From an uncultured delta proteobacterium (GTDB taxonomy: Bacteria; Myxococcota_A; Polyangia; Fen-1088), in the NCBI GenBank assembly GCA_963755125.1, contig CAVWIP010000005.1, forward strand, positions 1 to 64,000: 64,000 nt of DNA, in the 5' to 3' direction. The notes beneath the pieces were generated by a model. The model made no database searches and was not told where the DNA came from. It saw only the letters and a program-made list of their open reading frames with translations. A program made the position numbers and the translations under genes. This document shows positions 16,039 through 25,003 of this stretch, piece after piece. Every line of letters starts with the position of its first letter. The stretch's first letter is position 1.

Positions 16039-17619
16039 CTACCCCTCGGAGATCTCGGCGAAGAAGTCCGCGTCGACAAATTCGACATTGACCACGGCGC
16101 CGATAACACCGACCCCATGGTGGACGCAGGTCTCGGCCATCGCGGGACCATCCACCACCTCCACCGGCGCGCCCGACTGCTTCCATTCCGCTACCGCGTC
16201 GTCGGCCAACCGCCCGGCGAGCATGAGCAGCCCTTCGTCCTGATTGCGGGCGCGGATTCCCGCGCGCAACTCGCCCAAAGCCCGGCGGCCTGCGGCCGCA
16301 CTACCTGGCCGCAAGGCGATGAGGCAGCGCGAAGGCCGGAAGCCTCGTCCCCTCAAGGCCTCGAGATAGATGGTGCCCTCGACCCGCTTGACGAAGGTGG
16401 CCGGACCGAAGCCCTCACGCTGCAGAAGAACTCGGCCCACGGCCTCGAAAGCTGCCGGACCCAGGTCCGCCAAGCGCTGTTCCAGAGCGGCAAGTGTGCG
16501 CTCGCGCAGGGCGCGCCTGGCCTCGCCCAGAACGAACTCCGCTCGTTCGAGATCGTTATCCGGCGGCCGGCGAGCCAGGGCATACAGGCCGCTGCCCGCG
16601 GCTCGCACGCGCGGACGCTGGGCTGCCCGCAGCCGCTCCTTGCCTTCGGCCGCAAGTGCGGCGCGCATGACCCGCCATGCCTCGTTGGGCTCTCCGTGGA
16701 TGAGTCGCCGGCGAACCGCCGCATCCGCAATCTGGCGCACGTGCAAACCGCGGCCAGGGGCTTGGCCTTTCAGTATCTCGATGGCCGCGTCGACAGGCGA
16801 CGCGATCTTGCGTCCCTGCTGAACAGGCGTCTCCGGGGTGCCTTCACCGGCCGGCAAGGTCGCTGGAGTCGCCCCATCGCTGGGACCGAGTGGCTGGCCG
16901 GAAACGCCGGACAACTCTGCTCTGGCAGCAGCTTCACCAGAGGAAGCGAGCGTTTGGTATTGGCCTATGCCCATCTCCTCCGGCTTCGCCTCCGCCTCTC
17001 CGTTACTCTCGTTCTTCAGCGCCGCGCGCGCATCGATGTCGTCGCCAGCCGGCTCTTCTTCATCTCGCTCCTCCGCGTCGCCTTCCAACACGCCACTCTC
17101 AGCCAGTGCGGCCGCGCGTGCGGCAGGTGACAGCGAACCACTTTCGGGCTCCTCAGGCGCTTCGGCAGCTTCGCGTTCCTCCGCCCCCTCGACTGGGATT
17201 GGCCCCTCGCTGGCCGTCTCGCCTGGAGCGCCACTCGGAGCCGGGACTTCGCTCGGCGCATCGCCGCGCCCACGCCGCCGCCCCCGCCCTCCTCGCCGTC
17301 GTCGTCGCCCGCTGCGTTCCTCGCCCGCAGCCGGCCGGCTTTCGCCCTGCGGTGCCTTTGCGGCTGTGGCTTCAGGCTCGGGCTCAGCAGCAGCTTCCGG
17401 GTAGCGCAGCAACCCGAAGACACCCGGCTTGACCCGCACGAAGGGACTGCCCGGGGCTTTCTTCACGGCAGCGGTCAACTGGGTTTGCATGGTGACTTCG
17501 GGAGTTCGCCCCACGAAAGTCAATAGCTTGCGCTCGGTGGCCTTCTCGGTGAGCTCCTTAAAGTGGAGAGGCCGGCGCTCACGCTTTAGTATCTCGAGGG
17601 CTGCTTCCAGAAAGGTCAT
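16039..17619 (-). CDS. Tandem HARE-HTH protein with a disordered linker and a degenerate Mrr-like restriction endonuclease domain
   Basis: MTFLEAALEILKRERRPLHFKELTEKA..GRTPEVTM..FVRVKPGVFGL (HARE-HTH); a second similar unit PVDAAIEILK..LHVRQIADAA..GLYAL; and a C-terminal AFEAV..LLQREGF..VDG..HGVGV..VDADFF region (Mrr_cat-like). Confidence 0.8.
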   Translation of the reverse strand: MTFLEAALEILKRERRPLHFKELTEKATERKLLTFVGRTPEVTMQTQLTAAVKKAPGSPFVRVKPGVFGLLRYPEAAAEPEPEATAAKAPQGESRPAAGEERSGRRRRRGGRGRRRGRGDAPSEVPAPSGAPGETASEGPIPVEGAEEREAAEAPEEPESGSLSPAARAAALAESGVLEGDAEERDEEEPAGDDIDARAALKNESNGEAEAKPEEMGIGQYQTLASSGEAAARAELSGVSGQPLGPSDGATPATLPAGEGTPETPVQQGRKIASPVDAAIEILKGQAPGRGLHVRQIADAAVRRRLIHGEPNEAWRVMRAALAAEGKERLRAAQRPRVRAAGSGLYALARRPPDNDLERAEFVLGEARRALRERTLAALEQRLADLGPAAFEAVGRVLLQREGFGPATFVKRVEGTIYLEALRGRGFRPSRCLIALRPGSAAAGRRALGELRAGIRARNQDEGLLMLAGRLADDAVAEWKQSGAPVEVVDGPAMAETCVHHGVGVIGAVVNVEFVDADFFAEISEG

Positions 17620-17728
17620 GACGCCCCCGTCTCTACCACAAACTTCGCAGGCGTGGCGCTGGCGTCTTTCTGGTCAGCAATAAGATCGTTTTTTTGACGA
17701 GACCCGGCGCAGGCGTTACCCGTGAGAG

Positions 17729-18730
17729 ATGAGTTCTGCGCGCAAAATCGGAGTCCTCCTCGCGGGATCTCTTCTGGAACGGGATGCTTCCGTGCGGGCC
17801 GGCGAGGCCATCATGGCGGCCTTGCGCAAGGGGGGCCATGACGTTCGCGCTCTCTTTGTCGATCGTCACGTCGACATGGCCCTGCGCCAGTCGGGGATAG
17901 ACGTGGCCTTCCTGGCCGTGCGTGGCCGGTACGGCGCTGATGGCTGCCTGCAGGGCCTGCTCGAGATGCTCGGGATCCCTTATACCGGCTCCAGTGTGCT
18001 GGCCTGCGGCCTGGCCATGAACCGCGCGAAGACAAAGGACGTCCTGCGCTTGCACAATCTGCCGACCGCCCCCGCCTATCTGATTCGTTCCCAGCAACAA
18101 GACAGCGGCAGCGAAGTTCACGGCGCGTTTGGTTTCCCCGTGGTCGTGAGGCCGGTGGGCGCGACGTTGCTCTGCGGGGGCACCCTGGTGCACGACGAAA
18201 TGGAACTGGAGAGCGCGCTGGAGGACGTGTTTTGTCTGGACGACGAGGCTCTGGTAGAGCGGTTCCTGCCGGGCAAACCAATCTGCGTGCCAATTCTCGA
18301 CGGCCGGACCTTGGGCGCTGTGGAGGTCTGCCGAAGCGGATCCTGGACCGCGCGTCGGGCGGCGGGCACGCGCGGACAGGAGATCTGTGCGCCAGCGCGC
18401 CTTCAGCCGGCCCGCGAGGCGTCGGTCCTGCGCCTGGCGCTGCAAGCCTACGAGGCTTTGGGCTGTGATGGTCCAGCATGCGTCGAGATGGTGGTGAGCG
18501 AACATCTCAACGAGAGCATCGTGGACGTGGATTCCGTGCCGCTGCTCTTGCCCGAGGCTCCCCTGCCCCGCATGGCGCATGAAGCGGGAATTGGATTCGA
18601 CGAGTTGGTCGAGGAGATATTGGCAGGCGCCCGCCTGCGCGCTCACGGCATACGGCGGAATCGGCGCACGGCTCACAGTGCGTTCGAGGGTCCAGACCGC
18701 CGGGCGAGTGCGGCGCCAGCCGCCCACTGA
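17729..18730 (+). CDS. D-Ala-D-Ala ligase homologue with degenerate active site (probable pseudoenzyme)
   Basis: Ddl scaffold (ERDASV..G, GRYG.DGCLQGLLEMLGIPYTGS), but with HG>RG, ED>AD, MDK>MNR, VKP>VRP, RVD>CVE and EVNTLPG>DVDSVPL. Confidence 0.8.
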   Translation: MSSARKIGVLLAGSLLERDASVRAGEAIMAALRKGGHDVRALFVDRHVDMALRQSGIDVAFLAVRGRYGADGCLQGLLEMLGIPYTGSSVLACGLAMNRAKTKDVLRLHNLPTAPAYLIRSQQQDSGSEVHGAFGFPVVVRPVGATLLCGGTLVHDEMELESALEDVFCLDDEALVERFLPGKPICVPILDGRTLGAVEVCRSGSWTARRAAGTRGQEICAPARLQPAREASVLRLALQAYEALGCDGPACVEMVVSEHLNESIVDVDSVPLLLPEAPLPRMAHEAGIGFDELVEEILAGARLRAHGIRRNRRTAHSAFEGPDRRASAAPAAH

Positions 18731-18778
18731 TCAGGTTCGCCTCTTCGCCAGCCCGCTCCTGCAGTACCATAGTGCCGC

Positions 18779-20854
18779 TTGTCTCGTACAGCCCGCCGTT
18801 TCGTCCCTCTTGCGATCGCAGCCCTGGCTGCGTTGATTTTGGCACCCATTGGCCTGGCGCTGTGGAACAGGGGCGTCGTTCCCTGGTTTCGCGGGCGACT
18901 GGAACAGGCGATCGGGCGTCACGTGCGGGTGGACAGCCTTGGGATAGGCGGGTTGCGCACGCTGGTCGCGCATGGCGTGGAGGTCTTCGGGGCGCCTCCG
19001 TTTGATTCGGAGCCGATGCTGCGCGCCCAGCGCATCGCCGTGCGATTGGGCGGCCCGGGGCGTGGATTCTGGGAGCCTTCTGAGGTGACGGCCGACGGTC
19101 TTGATGTCGAGTACCTGCGCACCGGTGCGGCAGACAATCTCGTCGGCCAGCCGTCCGCAGCGGCCACTTCCCCCACACTGGGCAGTCGCCACCCTTCCCC
19201 GCAGGCTCCGGTGGCGCTCACATTTCAAAGGGCGCGAGTGCATGGCGCCGTGGTTCTGCCGGGCGGCCTGCGAGTCGCTTTTCGCACGCCCGACGCCAGT
19301 TTTCGGCGCTCACCCCAAGGCAAAGAATCGACGCTGGTGCGAGATCTGGTCGTCGAAATGGGTGGAGCCACAACCCTGCATGTGTCCGAGGTCGCGATCG
19401 AGAGCGTGCACGGCATGCCGGTGCTTGCGACGGGCCAGCGAGTCGGCCTGATCATTCCCGGCGGCGGCGCGCTCGTTGAGGGTGCGACGATCGAGGCACA
19501 CTTTGCCAAGCAGGGCGTGTCCGCGGAGATGCGCCGGGAGGATTCCGCTGGCGCGTCTGCGAGCCTGCGCATCTCGGGCCGCACCGCGGGCGATGTGGCT
19601 GACCTGCAAGTGGAGGCACGTGATTGGCCTGTGCGCGCGCTTGGCGTGGTGGCGGAACCGCAAGGGGTGGGATTGGATGAAACGCGCGCCGACCTGCACC
19701 TCGCGGCGTTCCTCGACATGGAACGCCTACGCGTTGCCTTTCAGGTAGACAGCCTGCTTCGCGGTCTGGAGGTACACCATCCGGCGGTGGACCGAACCCC
19801 TTGGCGCGACGTGGGCATGGAGATCCACGTCAGTGGCCAGGCGACGACGGCGGCCGGCCGGGTGGACATCGAATCAGCCGAGGTGCAAGCATTCGGCGCG
19901 CATCTCAACGTCAGAGGCTGGGCCGAGTTGCTGGGGACGCCCAGGGGTGAGTTCACCATCAGCACCCCACACGCGGCGCCTTTGCCTTGTGCATCCCTGC
20001 TCGCCTCACAGGCACAGCCCGTTCGAGAGACGTTGGCGGGGCTCGCTCTCGGCGGCAAACTGGGAGTGGCTGTCATGCTTGCCTTCGACGCTGCGGCCTG
20101 GGAAACCCTGACCCTCGACGTTCGTGTCGATCCGCGCTGCACGGTCAAGACGGAACCGCAGGTGCTGGCTGCTTTGACACCGGCGTTGCTGCGGGAGACA
20201 CCAACCGGCACGCTGGCGCCCAGCCTTCCTCTGGGCAAATACCACCCCGATTTCGCCTCCCTGGCGGAAATGCCGAAACACCTCCCCGCGGCTTTTGTCA
20301 CCTCCGAGGACAGCCGATTTTTCACGCACAGCGGTTTCGACGTCGAGATGATTCGCCACGCTCTGGTGCAGGATCTACAGACTCGGACGTTCGGCCGCGG
20401 GGCCAGCACCATCACCCAGCAACTAGCCAAGAATCTGTTTCTCACTCCCCATCGAACCTTGGCCCGAAAACTGGAGGAAACCGTGCTGGCGTGGCGTCTG
20501 CACAACCTCCTCGGGAAAGACCGTATCCTTGAACTCTACCTGAACGTGATCGACCTGGGCCCAGGAGTTCGCGGTGTGCGCCAGGCCGCGCGCGTGTATT
20601 TCGGGAAGGAACTTCAGCAGCTTCGCCCCATCGAATCGGCCTACCTGGCAGCTCTGACACCCAACCCGCACGTGCTCGCGCGGCGGTTTCGCGATGGTCA
20701 CGTGGACGATGGTTGGCTGCAAAGACTCCATGATTTGCTCGCCATGATGAAACGTAGCGGTCGCTTGTCGGCCGAGGAGTTTGCCGCGGCCCGCGGAAGC
20801 AAGCCGGCGTTGCGCAGGATTGACAAGGAGTTCGCGGTACGGCCGGCGCCCTAG
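18779..20854 (+). CDS. Monofunctional GT51 peptidoglycan transglycosylase with a long AsmA-like N-terminal region
   Basis: N-terminal TM; C-terminal GT51 motifs EDSRFFTHSG, GASTITQQLAKN, RKLEE and KDRILELYLN; no transpeptidase domain. Confidence 0.85.
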   Translation: MSRTARRFVPLAIAALAALILAPIGLALWNRGVVPWFRGRLEQAIGRHVRVDSLGIGGLRTLVAHGVEVFGAPPFDSEPMLRAQRIAVRLGGPGRGFWEPSEVTADGLDVEYLRTGAADNLVGQPSAAATSPTLGSRHPSPQAPVALTFQRARVHGAVVLPGGLRVAFRTPDASFRRSPQGKESTLVRDLVVEMGGATTLHVSEVAIESVHGMPVLATGQRVGLIIPGGGALVEGATIEAHFAKQGVSAEMRREDSAGASASLRISGRTAGDVADLQVEARDWPVRALGVVAEPQGVGLDETRADLHLAAFLDMERLRVAFQVDSLLRGLEVHHPAVDRTPWRDVGMEIHVSGQATTAAGRVDIESAEVQAFGAHLNVRGWAELLGTPRGEFTISTPHAAPLPCASLLASQAQPVRETLAGLALGGKLGVAVMLAFDAAAWETLTLDVRVDPRCTVKTEPQVLAALTPALLRETPTGTLAPSLPLGKYHPDFASLAEMPKHLPAAFVTSEDSRFFTHSGFDVEMIRHALVQDLQTRTFGRGASTITQQLAKNLFLTPHRTLARKLEETVLAWRLHNLLGKDRILELYLNVIDLGPGVRGVRQAARVYFGKELQQLRPIESAYLAALTPNPHVLARRFRDGHVDDGWLQRLHDLLAMMKRSGRLSAEEFAAARGSKPALRRIDKEFAVRPAP

Positions 20855-20870
20855 TGCTACTCTTGTCGCC

Positions 20871-21422
20871 ATGAGCTTCTTGCGAAGTGTTGCCCTGGGC
20901 CTGGCAGCCGTGCTGGTCCCGTCGCTGGCGGCAGGCTCGCTGGTCCAGGCTCTGGACCTTGCTGAGTTGACCGCCCGGGCCGACCGCATTGTCGTAGCGC
21001 AAGTCGTATCGGCCAAAAGCGATTGGGATGCTTCCGGCCGCAACATTCACACGCGCATCGAAATCAAGGTCGAGGAAGCCTGGAAGGGCTCCGGCGCGGC
21101 TGGCGAGCACATCGTCATCGTGCAGCCAGGTGGATCGGTGGGCGATATCGAGATGCGCGTCCAGGGCATGCCCAGCTTCGCTCCCGGCGAGAAGGCGGTG
21201 CTGTTTCTCGCCGGCCAGGGCGCGGTCCGCGTGGTGGGAATGAGTCAGGGCAAGCGCCCCTTGCGTTGGGATGCCACGGCCAAGCGCTGGGTGGCTGAAT
21301 CCGCCGAGCATTCTGCGGTCGTGCGCCGCGATTCACGGGGCCGGCTGCAGCCGGCGATGCCTGAGCCCGCCATGACGCTGGATGAACTTCGCCAGCGCGT
21401 CCGCGCGATGATCGGACCGTAG
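20871..21422 (+). CDS. Secreted hypothetical protein of a type often found next to matrixin proteases
   Basis: Signal peptide; ADRIVVAQV..WD..I.T..VEE.WKG..PGGSVG..G.PSF.PGE..VLFL pattern. Confidence 0.7.
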   Translation: MSFLRSVALGLAAVLVPSLAAGSLVQALDLAELTARADRIVVAQVVSAKSDWDASGRNIHTRIEIKVEEAWKGSGAAGEHIVIVQPGGSVGDIEMRVQGMPSFAPGEKAVLFLAGQGAVRVVGMSQGKRPLRWDATAKRWVAESAEHSAVVRRDSRGRLQPAMPEPAMTLDELRQRVRAMIGP

Positions 21423-21437
21423 GAAACGCAGGTTCCC

Positions 21438-22442
21438 GTGAAGACTCCAGTCAATCTGTTGATGACCGTCGTGGTGGCAGGCCTCGCGTCTTCTCCCATT
21501 CCTGCCGTGGCCTACGTCCGCACGACGACCGAGTCCGGCGTACCAACTGCCTGGAAAACCCCCTGCGTGACCATGGAGTTCTCCCTGGGTTCCCCTCCGC
21601 CCGAGCTGGATGCTGACGGATACCTCACTGCAGCCCAAGCAGCGGGCGCGGCCTGGAGTCAAGCCACGGTCGATGGTGTCGATCGATGCACCAACGTGAT
21701 CTTCACCGTGACAGAGAACCAGGATTTCGCCGGCCCGGTGGGCCTGGACTATCACAATCGCTTGATCTTCCGCCAAGGCACGTGGTGCAGCGATCCCCTA
21801 CCCAAGGATGGCTCTTGCTATGACCCGAGTGCCTTGGCCCTCACTTCTGTCTTCCAACTCCAGACCACCGGCGAGATCCTGGACGCCGACGTGGAGGTGA
21901 ATGCTGCCGACTTCACGTGGGGCGACTACCTGGCCCATCCGGAGCAGTTCGCGTCCAACACCCACGACTTCCAGGGCGCACTTACTCATGAGTTCGGGCA
22001 TGTCATCGGGCTCGCTCACACCTGTTTCAGCCCCGGCAATACCTTTGCGGACGACACGCCGATTCCGCGGCCCGTGGACAACAATGGCAACCCTGTGCCC
22101 GATTGCGGCCCAGACAACCCGCCCTCCATCACGCAGTCTACCATGTACGTCTCGGTTGCCACGCCCAGTGCAGAAGTTGGACTGCGCAGCTTGTCGCCCG
22201 ACGACATGCTGGCCGCATGTGACATCTATCCCTTCACGCCCAACTTCGTGTGCCTGCCTCCGACGCACCCCTCAACAGGGGGGGGCTGCTCCTACGCGGC
22301 GCGATCGGGACACGGCCCTATTGCCTGCGCGCTGGTGCTCCTCGCGATGGCAACGGTGCTCCGGCGTCGGCGCCAGCCGCCCGGCGTGCCAGTCGGAATT
22401 CCACCGGAGCCGGCTGCCCCACAGCGCGCACGGCCGGGATGA
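21438..22442 (+). CDS. Matrixin-like (metzincin) zinc metalloprotease with MYXO-CTERM sorting signal
   Basis: HEFGHVIGLAH zinc motif, STMY Met-turn, GEILDADVEVN, and GGGCS..hydrophobic..RRRR. Confidence 0.85.
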   Translation: MKTPVNLLMTVVVAGLASSPIPAVAYVRTTTESGVPTAWKTPCVTMEFSLGSPPPELDADGYLTAAQAAGAAWSQATVDGVDRCTNVIFTVTENQDFAGPVGLDYHNRLIFRQGTWCSDPLPKDGSCYDPSALALTSVFQLQTTGEILDADVEVNAADFTWGDYLAHPEQFASNTHDFQGALTHEFGHVIGLAHTCFSPGNTFADDTPIPRPVDNNGNPVPDCGPDNPPSITQSTMYVSVATPSAEVGLRSLSPDDMLAACDIYPFTPNFVCLPPTHPSTGGGCSYAARSGHGPIACALVLLAMATVLRRRRQPPGVPVGIPPEPAAPQRARPG

Positions 22443-23913
22443 CCTGTGGCGCATGGTCATTGGCCTGAGCGGCCAAGACGTAGTCGCCCACGGGCAGACG
22501 AATGAAGAACTGGCCTTGCGGGTCGGATGTGACCCGGATTGCCGGTCGCGCCGGGTTGCCGGCCGCACGCGCCTCCACCTGAGCGCCCTGCAGAGCCTGG
22601 CCGTCCTGCTCCAAGACGCGGCCGGAAAGCAAAACCCCGGTTGACACGACGAGGTCGCCGAGATCTCGGACATCGCCGGGCGCCAGCAAGAGTGGCTCGC
22701 GTCGCAGGGGCAATCTGTCGGTCGGTGAGACTTCAAGCCGCGAGCGTCCAGGAGCCAATCCCCTCACCTCGAAGCGCCCCTGCGCATCGGAAAACGACGT
22801 GCGAATGCTCCCCTGACGCGCCACCGATCCCGGCGGCAGTTCGGCTGCCTCGGCCGCCGTGGGCAAGGCGCCCGGGATGACAATCATCTCGTCATGGCCG
22901 CCGACCAGCCCGACCACGGACACGGGCACACCCTTGAGCGGAATGCTGTCCTGATCGAGCACACGGCCCGAGACCAGGGCCGCCCGCGCGAGTCTGGGCG
23001 CGACCTGAACCCTGCTCCCGGCGCTGAGCAAGATCTCTGGCGCATCCAACAGAATGTGACCTTCCAGCCGCACCAAGATCTGGTAGCGACCAGGCCGAAT
23101 CGGCCCGACGGTAAACTTGCCTTCTTCGTCCGATTGGCAGGTCACGGGCAAGTCATCGGATGGCATGGTCAGCACGTCCACGGTGGCCCCAGGAAGGTTC
23201 CGGCCCACGTCGTCGCGCACGCGGCCCTCCACGAAGGCGCCCGGCCCCAGCAGCAGCCGGACTGGTGCCAGATGGCCGGTACTTGCTTCGATCACGTCAC
23301 TGGCAGTGGCCGACACCAGCTTGCCGTGCGTGGCGCGAAACGCGAACCGGCCCAGGCCCAGACCCGCGAACGAAAAGACGCCGTGTGCGTCTGCCACCGT
23401 CTCGCGCGGCCAGCGCACCCCTGGCCCGCCCAGCACCACCAGCGCCCCGGGTTCGGCTCGAGTCGGGCTGCTGAGCACGAGGCCGCCCAGGCTGCGCCCC
23501 TCACCTTCGAGCGCCAGCACGAGAGATCCAGAATCCGGAACGGTTCGGTCGATTTCCAGCGTGCCGAAGCCGGCTGCCTCGGCAAGCAGCGTCCAGGTCC
23601 CCGGCCGCAGGTGCGCCAACACGAAGCGACCGTCCTGATCCGAGCGCGCTTGAACCACCAACCCGTCGCGCTTGAGCTTGGGCCAAGCGATGACCAGGGC
23701 ATCCGGCAGGGGCGTGCCGCGGCTATCCTCCACCACTCCGATCAGGTCGACCGGTGGGTCCAGTTTTCTCTTCGCCGCCACTCCTGCATCGACCGCCGCA
23801 TCGCGTATTGGCTTCGGTTTTCGGCAAGCGAGCCCGCTCGCGGCCAAAAAAAGGAGTACCGCCATAGCGAAGATGGCACGACACCTTTGTTTGTGAGTGC
23901 TTGCGGCGCGCAT
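22318..23913 (-). CDS. Lipoprotein with repeated carboxypeptidase-regulatory-like beta-sandwich domains
   Basis: LAASGLAC lipobox; repeated G.V.D..G.PL..A.V..SD..GRF..L.PG.Y units. Confidence 0.8.
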   Translation of the reverse strand: MRAASTHKQRCRAIFAMAVLLFLAASGLACRKPKPIRDAAVDAGVAAKRKLDPPVDLIGVVEDSRGTPLPDALVIAWPKLKRDGLVVQARSDQDGRFVLAHLRPGTWTLLAEAAGFGTLEIDRTVPDSGSLVLALEGEGRSLGGLVLSSPTRAEPGALVVLGGPGVRWPRETVADAHGVFSFAGLGLGRFAFRATHGKLVSATASDVIEASTGHLAPVRLLLGPGAFVEGRVRDDVGRNLPGATVDVLTMPSDDLPVTCQSDEEGKFTVGPIRPGRYQILVRLEGHILLDAPEILLSAGSRVQVAPRLARAALVSGRVLDQDSIPLKGVPVSVVGLVGGHDEMIVIPGALPTAAEAAELPPGSVARQGSIRTSFSDAQGRFEVRGLAPGRSRLEVSPTDRLPLRREPLLLAPGDVRDLGDLVVSTGVLLSGRVLEQDGQALQGAQVEARAAGNPARPAIRVTSDPQGQFFIRLPVGDYVLAAQANDHAPQVIPAVRAVGQPAPVEFRLARRAAGADAGAPLPSRGAPARRQ

Positions 23914-23949
23914 CAGTCAGTGCTAATGGTACGCCCTCTCGGAGAAACC

Positions 23950-24141
23950 ATGCCTGCGCAGTGTGCAATTTGTGGCAAACAGAGGCGAGTGGCCAACAAC
24001 GTCAGTCACTCGAACATCAAGACCAAGAGCCAGCAACGGCCGAACCTGCAGAACGTGCACATCACGGTCGGCGGCTCGCGAAAGCGCGTGCGCGTTTGCA
24101 CCCGCTGCATCCGCTCCGGTTTCGTGGGGAAGGCGCCGTAG
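23950..24141 (+). CDS. rpmB: 50S ribosomal protein L28 (Zn-ribbon, C+ form)
   Basis: MPAQCAICGK..NNVSHS..PNLQ..RVCTRCIRSG; GGAG RBS upstream. Confidence 0.95.
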   Translation: MPAQCAICGKQRRVANNVSHSNIKTKSQQRPNLQNVHITVGGSRKRVRVCTRCIRSGFVGKAP

Positions 24142-24172
24142 CGTCGATTTGCGCCGCATTCTACGATTGACT

Positions 24173-24565
24173 TCAGGCCGCCACAGCCACGGCATCAATC
24201 TCGACCTGAGCGCCCCGAGGCAACGCTGCCACCTGTACCGTGGCTCGCGCGGGCGGCGTACTTGCGAAATACGCGGCGTACGCTTCGTTCACGGCAGCGA
24301 AGTTCGCGAGGTCAACGAGATAGATGGTCGTTTTGACCACGGCGTCCATAGACACGCCTGCAGCCTCGAGCACGGCCGCCAGGTTTTGCATCGCGCGGTG
24401 GGTTTCTTGTCCCACGTCGCCGCCTCCCACCAACTCGCCGGTTTCCGGGTCGAGTGGAATCTGGCCGGAACAGTAGATGGTGCGACCGGCCGACGCGATG
24501 ACCGCCTGGGAATACGGACCAATTGCGCGTGGGGCCGACGAGGTGGCAACGACATCTCGGATCAT
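24173..24565 (-). CDS. ridA: RidA/YjgF family reactive imine deaminase
   Basis: APRAIGPYSQA, SGQIPLDP, VVKTTIYL and PARATVQVAALPRGAQVEI. Confidence 0.92.
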   Translation of the reverse strand: MIRDVVATSSAPRAIGPYSQAVIASAGRTIYCSGQIPLDPETGELVGGGDVGQETHRAMQNLAAVLEAAGVSMDAVVKTTIYLVDLANFAAVNEAYAAYFASTPPARATVQVAALPRGAQVEIDAVAVAA

Positions 24566-24665
24566 GGTCCAATGATAGCAAGGCAACTGGACCGAGCACA
24601 TTTTCACGGATGCCGTGTTGCCAAGCGGATGCTGGCGGCGGTACCTTTGCCAGGTGAAATCTGGA

Positions 24666-24992
24666 ATGTGTCCGCGGCGCCGGAATGCCGAACCCGAGAC
24701 AGCAGCATCCCTGATGTCCGCCGTGGTGGCCAATATCGGCGGCGAGCACCGGGCGCGCGAGCACCGCATCTTCGCCGCGTACGAGCAGGCCGTGGGCGGT
24801 CCCCTGCGCAAGCACACCAGGGCCGAGCGTCTTCACGACGGAACCCTCTTCGTGCGCGTGTCGAGTTCCGCGCTGGCCCACCAGATCACCCTGCTCAAGC
24901 GTGAAATCCTGACCCGCATGCAGCCGCTGCTGGATCCCGGAAGCGTGACCGACCTACGCACGCGCGTCGGCCCGCTGGATGCGCGCCTTTGA
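24666..24992 (+). CDS. dciA: DUF721/DciA family protein (helicase loader-like)
   Basis: AVG..LRKHTRAERLHDGTLFVRVSSSALAHQI pattern; start codon uncertain (24666 or 24714). Confidence 0.75.
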   Translation: MCPRRRNAEPETAASLMSAVVANIGGEHRAREHRIFAAYEQAVGGPLRKHTRAERLHDGTLFVRVSSSALAHQITLLKREILTRMQPLLDPGSVTDLRTRVGPLDARL

Positions 24993-25003
24993 TCTGAGCA
25001 TCT

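Noticed and set aside
16039..17619. Active Mrr/type IV restriction defence system
   Set aside because: Catalytic residues appear absent, and no methylase, mobile element or other defence gene is nearby.
17633..18727. 364-aa minus-strand ORF as an alternative to the degenerate ddl
   Set aside because: It is the codon-mirrored antisense frame with no motif; the plus strand has clear Ddl homology.
22894..23949. 415-aa ORF apparently fused to L28
   Set aside because: Antisense of the carboxypeptidase-repeat gene; rpmB has its own RBS and ATG at 23950.
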